Shown here: in pieces, positions 1 through 8,347 of the stretch
Layout of the letters: every line of letters begins with the position of its first letter
Position numbering within the stretch: the first letter of the stretch is position 1
DNA from: Candidatus Levyibacteriota bacterium
GTDB lineage: Bacteria; Patescibacteriota; Microgenomatia; Levybacterales; UBA12049
Assembly: GCA_016182185.1 (NCBI GenBank)
Contig: JACOXU010000001.1
Location: 530,915-594,914, forward strand
Length of the DNA: 64,000 nt
Direction: 5' to 3'
Position numbers and translations under genes: made by a program
The notes under the pieces: generated by a model
Seen by the model: the letters and a program-made list of their open reading frames with translations, nothing else
Told to the model about the DNA's origin: nothing
The model's database searches: none

Positions 1-248
1 TGGAAGAAGGACTTTTTCCTCACTCAAGGAGCTTAATGGATAAACATCAACTCGAAGAGGAAAGAAGGCTCTGTTATGTAGGGATGACCAGGGCCCGGGA
101 AAAATTATTCCTCACTTATTCTAGGAAAAGATTATTCTTCGGACAAAGAACATCAAATATAATTTCAAGATTTATATTGGAACTTCCGGAAAATATATTA
201 TCTAATAATCTGCATCTTCTTAAGAAAGGAGATGTGGAATATTTATGA
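1..248 (+). CDS. pcrA: UvrD/PcrA ATP-dependent helicase, C-terminal part (truncated by window start)
   Basis: Frame is open from the window edge: EEGLFPHSRSL...LEEERRLCYVGMTRAREKLFLT (motif VI), SRFILELP. Confidence 0.92.
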   Translation, partial: EEGLFPHSRSLMDKHQLEEERRLCYVGMTRAREKLFLTYSRKRLFFGQRTSNIISRFILELPENILSNNLHLLKKGDVEYL

Positions 249-1228
249 ATGCAAAAGATTTTAATAAGCATGTGAACCACCCTCTACAGGCATGGGAATG
301 GGGAGAGTTTAGAAAAAAAACAGGAATAAAAGTGATTCGGGGAGATAGCTTCCAGCTTACAATTCACAAGATTCCCAAAATGCCTTGGTCAATCGGATAT
401 TTGCCAAAAGGTAATATGCCAGACAAGAAATTAATTGAGGAGCTTAAAAAAATAGGTAAAGAAAATAACTGTATTTTCATTCAACTGGAGCCAAATGTTC
501 CTTCGTCAATGGTCAATAGTAAATGGTCAATGGTAAATCTTATTCCCGCTGCTCATCCGTTATTTACAAAATATACGTTTATCTTAGACTTAAATAAAAA
601 TGAACAAGAGCTGCTGGCTGGTATGCATCAAAAGACTCGCTACAATATAAAAGTTGCCCAAAAACATGGAGTAAAAATTATTGAAGATAATTCAGATAAG
701 GCTTTTAAGGAGTATCTAAAACTTACCCAGGAAACAACCAGAAGGCAAAATTTCTATGCCCATACCCCAAAATATCACAAGCTCATGTGGGAAACTCTGA
801 AAATCGTAAATCATCAATCATCAATCATCAATCGAGACCATCTCGCAGCTCATCTTCTTTTGGCAAAATATAAAAAAGAAATTCTTGCTGCTTGGATTTT
901 ATTTACTTTTAAAGATACTCTTTATTATCCTTACGGCGCATCTAGTGAGAAAAATCGCGAAACCATGGCAAGCAATCTTATCATGTGGGAGACGATAAAA
1001 TTCGGCAAGAAATTAGGACTTAAGCAATTTGATATGTGGGGAGCACTCTCGGAAAATCCGGATCCCAAAGATCCCTGGTATGGGTTTCATAGATTCAAGC
1101 AAGGTTATGGCGGGGAACTTGTAGAATTCATCGGCAACTACGACTTGGTAATAAATCCAGCTCTATACAATCTCTACAAAGTAGCCGACAAAATCAGGTG
1201 GATGGTTTTAAGATTAAAAGTTATCTAA
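245..1228 (+). CDS. FemABX-family peptidoglycan bridge peptidyltransferase
   Basis: HPLQAWEWGEFR, KTRYNIKVAQKHGV, YYPYGAS, FDMWG, GFHRFKQGYGG. Confidence 0.9.
   Translation: MNAKDFNKHVNHPLQAWEWGEFRKKTGIKVIRGDSFQLTIHKIPKMPWSIGYLPKGNMPDKKLIEELKKIGKENNCIFIQLEPNVPSSMVNSKWSMVNLIPAAHPLFTKYTFILDLNKNEQELLAGMHQKTRYNIKVAQKHGVKIIEDNSDKAFKEYLKLTQETTRRQNFYAHTPKYHKLMWETLKIVNHQSSIINRDHLAAHLLLAKYKKEILAAWILFTFKDTLYYPYGASSEKNRETMASNLIMWETIKFGKKLGLKQFDMWGALSENPDPKDPWYGFHRFKQGYGGELVEFIGNYDLVINPALYNLYKVADKIRWMVLRLKVI
506..538 (+). repeat. Degenerate heptamer tandem repeat inside FemABX gene
   Basis: tcaatgg tcaatag taaatgg tcaatgg taaat, encoding SMVNSKWSMVN. Confidence 0.85.
801..835 (+). repeat. Degenerate heptamer tandem repeat inside FemABX gene
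   Basis: aaatcgt aaatcat caatcat caatcat caatcga, encoding IVNHQSSIINR. Confidence 0.85.
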
Positions 1229-1586
1229 CGTTAAATCTCTGAACTTCTCCAGGTTTTGCAACCTCATCCATTTTTGTCAAAAGCTCTCTTACCTTTTCCG
1301 CCCGTAGTTCCTCTGGTTGCCCTTTAATAAACCCAGTTAATCCTTGCGCAAATGCTGAGGTAATATTCTCATAGCCTGGATGATCCTCAGTTCCCACTGG
1401 CCAAACACTCCATTTAACTGACTGGTCATGTCTTCGAGCATACGCCAATGCAATTTCTCCAAATTCTTCCCCATATGTCTGTTTAAAATCTTCCTCTTCT
1501 TGTCTTTCTTTTCTGCTTTTTGCAAAAAATTCTTCTAATTCTGGACTGAGCACACGATCTTGTCTTGTCTCTGGTAAACCTTTCAT
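1221..1586 (-). CDS. Hypothetical protein (acidic, 121 aa)
   Basis: ORF with strong RBS AAAGGAGGTG and upstream TATAAT; no family recognised. Confidence 0.75.
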   Translation of the reverse strand: MKGLPETRQDRVLSPELEEFFAKSRKERQEEEDFKQTYGEEFGEIALAYARRHDQSVKWSVWPVGTEDHPGYENITSAFAQGLTGFIKGQPEELRAEKVRELLTKMDEVAKPGEVQRFNVR

Positions 1587-1623
1587 AACATCACCTCCTT
1601 TGGGCCTGATTATAAATCTAAAA

Positions 1624-2148
1624 TTAGATTTTGTAAAGAAAGAGATTGTTTTTAATATCTGATTTTTGATATTTAATATTGAATTGGTATCGAAAACTTA
1701 CTATTCTCGTTCCTTTTTTGAGTTCTTTGCGGAATTTTGGCAAAAGTTGATTTAGGGCTTTTGGCACAAGATAAACTACTATCACAGTTGCTTCGGACAA
1801 ATTGCTGTTGAAAAAATTTTCCTGCCTTACTCCAACTACGTCAACCAACCCGTTAAACCAGACTCTAAATTTAGTAATCCAAAAGCGCAAAGGATCAATC
1901 TCAATCCCCACAGCTCTTGCACCGAACTCCTTGGCCGCGGTTATCAGAAAAGTTCCGTCTCCGCACCCCAAATCATAAACAATATCTTTTTTATTAATTT
2001 TTGCCAGTTTACAAATTTCTCTGGCTGTTTGTCTGTTTGTCCTCCACCACGGCGCCCAAGGACTGTCCGGTGGCCAAACCCATGACAGAATAATTAACAG
2101 TATAAAAATCAGAAGAAAAAGAACTAGATTAATAATCAAAAAACTCAC
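1624..2148 (-). CDS. Class I SAM-dependent methyltransferase with N-terminal membrane anchor
   Basis: VYDLGCGDG, GIEID, GTRIVS motifs; hydrophobic N-terminus. Confidence 0.88.
   Translation of the reverse strand: MSFLIINLVLFLLIFILLIILSWVWPPDSPWAPWWRTNRQTAREICKLAKINKKDIVYDLGCGDGTFLITAAKEFGARAVGIEIDPLRFWITKFRVWFNGLVDVVGVRQENFFNSNLSEATVIVVYLVPKALNQLLPKFRKELKKGTRIVSFRYQFNIKYQKSDIKNNLFLYKI
1651..1685 (+). repeat. Degenerate heptamer repeat in methyltransferase 3' end
   Basis: tttaata tctgatt tttgata tttaata ttgaatt (FNIKYQKSDIK on minus strand). Confidence 0.65.
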
Positions 2149-2160
2149 AATAATAATTTT

Positions 2161-2242
2161 TAAATCCTAATTTCTAAACAATTTTCCAAATTTCAAATCC
2201 CAAATTTTAGATCAATTAGGTTAATTAGGTCAATTAGAAATT
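2161..2242. repeat. Dispersed intergenic element, copy 1 (heptamer-rich, inverted ends)
   Basis: 2195-2242 matches 48411-48458 at 46 of 48 bases; AATTTCTAA...TTAGAAATT inverted ends. Confidence 0.85.
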
Positions 2243-2520
2243 TTAAATATCACTTTCCCAATTATATCTTTCTTATCTACCCATCCGATTTTTTTACTAT
2301 CTAGGCTATCTCTTCTATTATCTCCTCTTAAGAAATATTTATCTCCTTTTTTTTTCATAATTCTTTTAATATAAAATTTATTATTAAATTTGAAAATTAC
2401 CACATCTCTAATCCTTGGCTTGAAAAAAATAAAAGGAAGCGAACTTACCAAAACGCTTTGATTTTCTTTTAAAAGGGTGCCCATGCTGTGGCCTTTTATT
2501 TTAAATTTTGTCAGAAGCAT
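2230..2520 (-). CDS. sodX: Nickel superoxide dismutase maturation protease (S26 family)
   Basis: GHSM, YIKRI, GDNRRDSLDS motifs; directly downstream of sodN. Confidence 0.88.
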   Translation of the reverse strand: MLLTKFKIKGHSMGTLLKENQSVLVSSLPFIFFKPRIRDVVIFKFNNKFYIKRIMKKKGDKYFLRGDNRRDSLDSKKIGWVDKKDIIGKVIFKISN

Positions 2521-3027
2521 TTATTTATGTGTGACAATTTCACCTTCTGTGGGATAACCTGAGGAAACACGTACGGGTGTTAAATTTTTAGTTTTATAAA
2601 ATATTTCGGCGATCTCCATTACTGTTTCGGTCATTTCTTCGCAGGAAGAAATATCGATAGTTTGTCGTGTTTTTATGGAAAGACTAACTGCTTTTTCCAT
2701 TAGACCCTTAAGCTTGGGAAAACTTCTGAAATGTTCTCCTTTAAAATAATCATTTTCTAAAGTTCCAAGTTCCTCCTCAATCAACTCTCCATGTTTTTCT
2801 TTGACATGAGTTAGCCTTGAAAGCTGGGAAATGATCTTCTTCCTTTCTTCGAAATCCGGCTCATCTTTTGAGGACTTCAAATCATTAAGCATTTGAGTCA
2901 TGCGAAGAACTGTATGGGCCGCCATTTGAGCATTATGCGGATCATAAATCCCACATGGAATATCGCAATGCGCAAATACATCTTGGGTAGGCAATAAATT
3001 TAATATGTAAAAAAAGATTTTTTTCAT
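2521..3027 (-). CDS. sodN: Nickel superoxide dismutase precursor
   Basis: Ni-hook HCDIPCGIYDP after a short propeptide ending VFA. Confidence 0.95.
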   Translation of the reverse strand: MKKIFFYILNLLPTQDVFAHCDIPCGIYDPHNAQMAAHTVLRMTQMLNDLKSSKDEPDFEERKKIISQLSRLTHVKEKHGELIEEELGTLENDYFKGEHFRSFPKLKGLMEKAVSLSIKTRQTIDISSCEEMTETVMEIAEIFYKTKNLTPVRVSSGYPTEGEIVTHK

Positions 3028-3104
3028 AAAATAATCATCTATATTATATAATACATTTACTTCCTTTTATCAAGTTATGGGAAGTGAAAGTTTTTTGTAA
3101 GAAA

Positions 3105-3440
3105 TTACTTCAAAGATTTATTAAGAACTGAGTTGGCTATTGAGAGAATTATCCCGAAGATAAGAGCCCACCAGAATCCATCGACTCTAAAACCGGGCAC
3201 TGTTTTTGCCGTAAGTTGGATAAGAACTGCATTAATTTCCAGCGTAAATAAACCTAAGGTTAAAAAATTTACAGGAAGAGTAAGGATAACAAGTATAGGT
3301 TTTATAACAGCGTTTATAATACCAAGCGCCAATGCCGCGACGATTGCTGTCATAAAGCTTGCCACATGAACTCCTGGCAAAATATAAGAAACACTTAATA
3401 TAACCAAGGCGCTAATCAGTCAGCCTATTAGTATACTCAT
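3105..3440 (-). pseudogene. YvlD/phage-holin-like (Phage_holin_4_2 type) membrane protein with in-frame TGA at codon 7
   Basis: ATG at 3440 gives MSILIG*LISALVILSVSYILPGVHV...; family motifs NAVIKPIL, LTLP, LTLGLF, VPGF; a shorter TTG-started ORF 3105..3407 remains. Confidence 0.7.
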
Positions 3441-3456
3441 ATCTTAAGCTCAGATC

Positions 3457-3666
3457 CTATTTCCCGCCGCAAATCTTACAATCGTTTTTATGGGTAAAAA
3501 CTAAATAAAGAGCCGACAAACCTACTAAAATATAGACTATCTGCTCAAGAGATGGGACTGATCCGAGAAGTGCAGTTACTAAATTGAAATTAAAAAGCCC
3601 TAGCAATCCCCAATTTAAGGCTCCTATAATTACGAGCGTAAAGGATACTATGTGTAATGCTTTCAT
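3457..3666 (-). CDS. DUF378 small membrane protein
   Basis: LVIIGALNWGLLGLFNFNLV, VYILVGLSALY; RBS GGAGGTG. Confidence 0.9.
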   Translation of the reverse strand: MKALHIVSFTLVIIGALNWGLLGLFNFNLVTALLGSVPSLEQIVYILVGLSALYLVFTHKNDCKICGGK

Positions 3667-3749
3667 TACTCACCTCCTTCCTGCTTACTCATATATAGTA
3701 GACACATTTGAGGAAATAAAGCAATAAGAAGAATGACTGAAGCTTTAAT

Positions 3750-4010
3750 TTATTTTTCTTCTTCTCTCTGAACTGTTATGGAGCATTCGGTAATAAGCGC
3801 TGCAATCGCTCCAACTGCGGCAAGGACTGGTGCGATAACCGCTCCGACAACTCCAAAGGTAAGAGGAAATTCTATCAACGCTTTACCCTTTTTATCTTTG
3901 ATAATAATTCTCCTCACATTCCCTTCTTTTATAAGCTCCTTAACTTTTTCAAGCAGTTTTTCGCCTGTTACATGAAATGTTTCTTCTTTTTTCTTAGTAG
4001 TCTTTTTCAT
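3750..4010 (-). CDS. DUF4342 protein
   Basis: VKELIKEGNVRRIIIK, IEFPLTFG, APVLAAVGAIAAL. Confidence 0.88.
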   Translation of the reverse strand: MKKTTKKKEETFHVTGEKLLEKVKELIKEGNVRRIIIKDKKGKALIEFPLTFGVVGAVIAPVLAAVGAIAALITECSITVQREEEK

Positions 4011-4056
4011 ATTTATATTATAACAGATTTAATTTAGTAAATTAAAATGTTAAGTA

Positions 4057-5967
4057 TTAAAAGAAAAGATATCTAGCACGCGTGGAAGTAACTGTGGATT
4101 GAGCTGAGGATTGATTACCGGAAGTATCATAAGCAATAACATTTATTGTGTAAGTAACATCTGATTGTCTCGGCACTTTCCATTGACAACTATACGAAGA
4201 GATTAGATCAGTACATTTTAATCTACCATTTATATAGAACTCGACTTTTTTAATACCTATGTTATCAGAAGCAGAAGCTATAATCGTTATTCTTTTGCCC
4301 CTCTGAATGCTACTACCATTAATTGGGTATGTAATTACAATAGTCGGTTTTATATTATCGATGGGTGTCTGCGTGGGTGTTGGACCGGAAGATGGAACAA
4401 CGCTAGGAATTGGAGTAGGTGTTGGGGTTGGAACTCTAGTTGGTGTTGGAGTAGGAGCCTTAGTTGGAGTTGGAATTGCTGTGGGAACAGAAGTTAAAGT
4501 AGGAAAACCAGTTGTCGGAGAGGGTATAACCGTTACAGCAAATTCGAAAGCGCCAATATCAGGAGCGCTTCCAGAAAAATTATCGTTATAACCTGGCAAA
4601 ACTACGCCCTTATCTATTAAAGGGCTTCCTGTTTGCAGTCTAAAATTAGAATCCCAACCAAAATTTGAAGTACTTATGCCATTTTTTTCTTGATTAGTAC
4701 TCGAGGAAAAATCGGTTATTGAACCGTATGTGGAACCTGCCCACTTGACAAAACGGGTTGTATCGGAGGTACGCAAGGCATCATAGTTAGCAGTACCCGT
4801 CGGAGCTTCTCCGGTTTCAATAACATACCTACTTGCATAAATAGCGTTATTCCTGAAATTCACATTGCTCAACCCTCCACCATTTGTTTGTTTTGCACCG
4901 TCTGCTACTTCACTTCCTGCAAAAAAACTATTGTGATAAACACGAACTTCCCCTACAGAACCATCTCCCATCTTAAACATTGCCGCACCTAATCCAAAAC
5001 GTTCAATTGGTTCGGAAATTACATTTCTGAATATCGTCAGAGGACCCGTAAGTGCGGGAGTAAATGCTATTCCTATCAGGCATCTTTTTATAGAGTTGTA
5101 TCTAACAATATTATTCTGATTTCCTCCTTCTGTCTGGATGCCATCATCGGCGCAATCGCTTATCGTATTATTTTCAATAATAGTATCTTTATTGAAGGAT
5201 CCATAAGCTACATCTTCCGGCTCTCCTCCAATACCATCATAACCACCGGTAATTGTGTTATTGGCAAAATGATGGCTGCCACCGGCAAAAAGAGCTGTAT
5301 TTTTTACCCAAATGCCATTTCCTCCGCCAGGTAAATTACCTGGAATGTCGGCTCTTCTTGTAATAACACTATTTAATACCTTAAGCCTCATGCCGCCTCC
5401 CCAAGATGCGATACCGGCTCTATATTGATCATCAATATCTGCACAATTGTAATCCTGAACGATTACATTATCTACGGTAACATCATTAGCAGTTTCAATT
5501 TTTATTCCTGCTTCATCAGATCTTTTAACTCCTATTCCTTTTATGGTTACCCCTGAAGATGTTACGTATATACCATTGGAATTATTACAGCCTCCATCAA
5601 TCCATACCTGGCCGTCTCCGAAATTTTGTAAAGTTAATGATTTATCAATATTTACCGTTTCATTATAAGTTCCTGTATGAATTGAGATCGTATCTCCATT
5701 TGCAGCCGCACTCACTGCAGATGATATATTTGAAAATCCTCCTGTCCCAACTATAAGAGTATTACCGCCTACAGCTTCGGGGTTAAAAATTTGCGTGTTT
5801 TGTATAAAAAATGGAGAGACAATAACAACAAGTGCAACAATAATTATTAAATATTTTGTTACTTTATCAAGAGATCTAAATGTCTCCCACAAAGACCTTA
5901 GCGGATTTTCCTTTTCTAATTTTTTATCTTGCTCTGAAGACGAATTGACAGTAAGTATTTTCACCAT
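4057..5967 (-). CDS. Exported protein: conserved leader, right-handed beta-helix (pectin-lyase-like), PT linker, C-terminal Ig-like domain
   Basis: ISSAVSAAANGDTISIHTGTY, beta-helix turns, GSAPDIGAFE, PTPT linker, ASDNIGIKKVEFYING. Confidence 0.85.
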   Translation of the reverse strand: MVKILTVNSSSEQDKKLEKENPLRSLWETFRSLDKVTKYLIIIVALVVIVSPFFIQNTQIFNPEAVGGNTLIVGTGGFSNISSAVSAAANGDTISIHTGTYNETVNIDKSLTLQNFGDGQVWIDGGCNNSNGIYVTSSGVTIKGIGVKRSDEAGIKIETANDVTVDNVIVQDYNCADIDDQYRAGIASWGGGMRLKVLNSVITRRADIPGNLPGGGNGIWVKNTALFAGGSHHFANNTITGGYDGIGGEPEDVAYGSFNKDTIIENNTISDCADDGIQTEGGNQNNIVRYNSIKRCLIGIAFTPALTGPLTIFRNVISEPIERFGLGAAMFKMGDGSVGEVRVYHNSFFAGSEVADGAKQTNGGGLSNVNFRNNAIYASRYVIETGEAPTGTANYDALRTSDTTRFVKWAGSTYGSITDFSSSTNQEKNGISTSNFGWDSNFRLQTGSPLIDKGVVLPGYNDNFSGSAPDIGAFEFAVTVIPSPTTGFPTLTSVPTAIPTPTKAPTPTPTRVPTPTPTPIPSVVPSSGPTPTQTPIDNIKPTIVITYPINGSSIQRGKRITIIASASDNIGIKKVEFYINGRLKCTDLISSYSCQWKVPRQSDVTYTINVIAYDTSGNQSSAQSTVTSTRARYLFF

Positions 5968-6027
5968 TTGTTATATACTAATACAATATGACTAAAATAA
6001 ACTAATTGTCAAGTTTAGAATTTATTA

Positions 6028-7260
6028 CTAAATTATCTCTTCAATTCTTAATAACTCATTATATTTTGCCAGTCTTTCTCCGCGATCAGGACCGCCGAAT
6101 TTACATTGATCCGCTCCGACTCCAACGGCAAAGTCTGCAATAAAATAATCATTTGTTTCTCCTGCTCGATGAGCAACAATAGTTATTATTCCCGATTCTT
6201 TTGCTAGTTTTACTGCCTCAATTGTCTCAGTTACTGTTCCAATCTGATTAAGCTTTACTATAACACTATTTATAGCTTCCTCATCTATCGCCTTTTTAAT
6301 TCTTTTAATGCTTGTGGTTGTTAAATCATCTCCGACTATTTGATGATCTTCTCCGATTTCCGAAACCAAAGATGACCAATCACCCCATTCATCTTCAGAA
6401 AATGGATCCTCAAGAGACTTTATGGGATATTTTTTTGTCCAGTCAATAATTTTTCTCTTCCATTCATCCTGAAAATATTTTTTTTCATCTTCACTTCTCA
6501 AATAATATGTGTTATTTTGATAAAACTCTGATGCGGCAAAATCAATTGCCAAAGAAAAATCATTTCCAGCCTCATACCCCGCTTTATCAATTGCTTGAAT
6601 AATAAATTCAAAAGCTTCTTCATTGGATTTTAATTCTCTCGGACAAAATCCTCCTTCAAAACCTACTCCGGTTGAATAACCTTTTTCAATAAGAATCTGT
6701 TCAAGGGTTCGAAAAATTGATGCTGATTTATAAAGGATCTCTGCAAAACTTGAATCTGAATCTTTAGGTACTATCATAAACTCCTGGATATCAGTTGCCC
6801 AATTTCCGTGCCTTCCTCCCTCCATAAGAAGCACCAATGGTTTCGGAATTTGAAAGTTACTATTTAAGGAGAGCCTCCCGATGTATTTAAAAAGTTTTTG
6901 TTTCGTTGCATAAGAGGCAGCTCTTGCTGCGGCGAGGGAAACACCAAGAATTGCGTTGGCTCCCAGATGTGATTTATCCTCAGTTCCATCAATCTCGATT
7001 AAATTCTTATCAATTCCCTTCTGATCTTCAACATCCATCCCAATAATTTTTTTTGCTATTTCTCCATTTATATTTTCAATTGCTTTGCCAACTCCTAAAT
7101 CGGGCTCTCTGAGCTCTACTGCTTCATGTTTTCCCGTTGATGCGCCCGATGGAACTGCCGCCCTACCAACAATTCCATTTTCCAAAATTATATCAACTTC
7201 AACTGTGGGAATTCCGCGGGAATCAAGAATCTGGCGGGCTGAGATCTTTATAATTTTCAT
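6028..7260 (-). CDS. eno: Enolase
   Basis: ILDSRGIPTVEV, VPSGASTG, LGANAILGVSLA, KLNQIGT, RGERLAKYN. Confidence 0.95.
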   Translation of the reverse strand: MKIIKISARQILDSRGIPTVEVDIILENGIVGRAAVPSGASTGKHEAVELREPDLGVGKAIENINGEIAKKIIGMDVEDQKGIDKNLIEIDGTEDKSHLGANAILGVSLAAARAASYATKQKLFKYIGRLSLNSNFQIPKPLVLLMEGGRHGNWATDIQEFMIVPKDSDSSFAEILYKSASIFRTLEQILIEKGYSTGVGFEGGFCPRELKSNEEAFEFIIQAIDKAGYEAGNDFSLAIDFAASEFYQNNTYYLRSEDEKKYFQDEWKRKIIDWTKKYPIKSLEDPFSEDEWGDWSSLVSEIGEDHQIVGDDLTTTSIKRIKKAIDEEAINSVIVKLNQIGTVTETIEAVKLAKESGIITIVAHRAGETNDYFIADFAVGVGADQCKFGGPDRGERLAKYNELLRIEEII

Positions 7261-7267
7261 AAAAACA

Positions 7268-8260
7268 CTAAACCGTGTTTATTGCCTTGCCATTTATAAA
7301 ACTTTGAATATTTTCGATTGTTACTTGAATAATTCTTTTAAGCGCCTCCTTACTATTAAAAGCGTTGTGCGGGGTAACAATCACCTTTGGATGCTTGATC
7401 AGAATATGATCATACAGAAGGGTTTTAAAATTTATGTTCTGCTGAGAAGATCTCGTTAAGATGGAGACTTCTTCATGCAGTTCATCTTCTTCCTCCAAGA
7501 CATCAAGACCCACGCCTGATAGAATACCCTGATCAAGACCTAGAAGTATTGCCTCAACATCTATTAAACCGCCTCTTGCAGTATTAATAAGATATGCTCC
7601 TTTCTTAAACTTTGAAATATTGTCTTTGTTAATAATGTGCTTTGTCTCAGTAGTCAAAGGGAGATGAAGAGTAACGACATCTGATTGACCAAGAAGAGTA
7701 TCTAAATCCTTGTATTCAAAATTAAGTCTTTTTGCAAGTTCTTCATCCGGATGACGAGCAAACGAAATTACTTTCATGCCAAAACCCTGAGCGATTCGAA
7801 GAACATGCTGCCCTATCTTTCCAAGACCGATTATTCCAATTGTCTTGTCACATAGATCAATTCCTATAAGTTGTGAGTGGTCGAAGTTAAGCCTTTGAAT
7901 TTGCTCAATAGCTTGAGGAATTTTTCTGGTTAAATTTAAAAGCAGGGCAAAAGTATGCTCTGCCACGGTACTGCTTCCATATTCGGGAACATTTGAGACA
8001 GCGATATTTTTGCTTCTACAGTAATCAAGATCTATATGATCAAATCCCGTCGATCTGGTTACTATTAATTTAAGATTGGGAAGTTTATCTATGATATCTT
8101 TATTGATATTTGATGAGATAAATGTTGAAATGATTTCCATATCAGCAAAAGACCCTGCATTGCCAGAATTAAGCTCGTCTTCAGTAAATACTGCATCTTG
8201 AAGGTTTTTCTGAAGGAGTTCTTTTTCCCATTCGGCAATTTCAAAGATAACCGTTTTCAT
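7268..8260 (-). CDS. D-isomer-specific 2-hydroxyacid dehydrogenase (D-lactate dehydrogenase-like)
   Basis: RSTGFDHID, GIIGLGKIG, LINTARGGLID, TPHNAF. Confidence 0.9.
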   Translation of the reverse strand: MKTVIFEIAEWEKELLQKNLQDAVFTEDELNSGNAGSFADMEIISTFISSNINKDIIDKLPNLKLIVTRSTGFDHIDLDYCRSKNIAVSNVPEYGSSTVAEHTFALLLNLTRKIPQAIEQIQRLNFDHSQLIGIDLCDKTIGIIGLGKIGQHVLRIAQGFGMKVISFARHPDEELAKRLNFEYKDLDTLLGQSDVVTLHLPLTTETKHIINKDNISKFKKGAYLINTARGGLIDVEAILLGLDQGILSGVGLDVLEEEDELHEEVSILTRSSQQNINFKTLLYDHILIKHPKVIVTPHNAFNSKEALKRIIQVTIENIQSFINGKAINTV

Positions 8261-8347
8261 ATATAAAATCTTGAGTACTAATTTATTCTAACATAAAATA
8301 AATAAGTGTCGGTATACAAAAAAAAATAATTGATGTACGATAATATT

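Noticed and set aside
3420-3422. Alternative genetic code (TGA as Trp or Gly)
   Set aside because: TGA ends pcrA, purA and dnaN at expected positions, Trp is TGG elsewhere, and long genes are uninterrupted in code 11
4360-4530. PT-rich repeats as a DNA repeat element
   Set aside because: Codon-level, synonymously varied protein linkers common to several surface proteins
4307-4591. GV-repeat ORF and other antisense ORFs such as 37778..38206, 47391..47804, 49832..50266 and 63067..63555
   Set aside because: Antisense shadows of well-supported genes; GVGVG is the reverse of PT linkers
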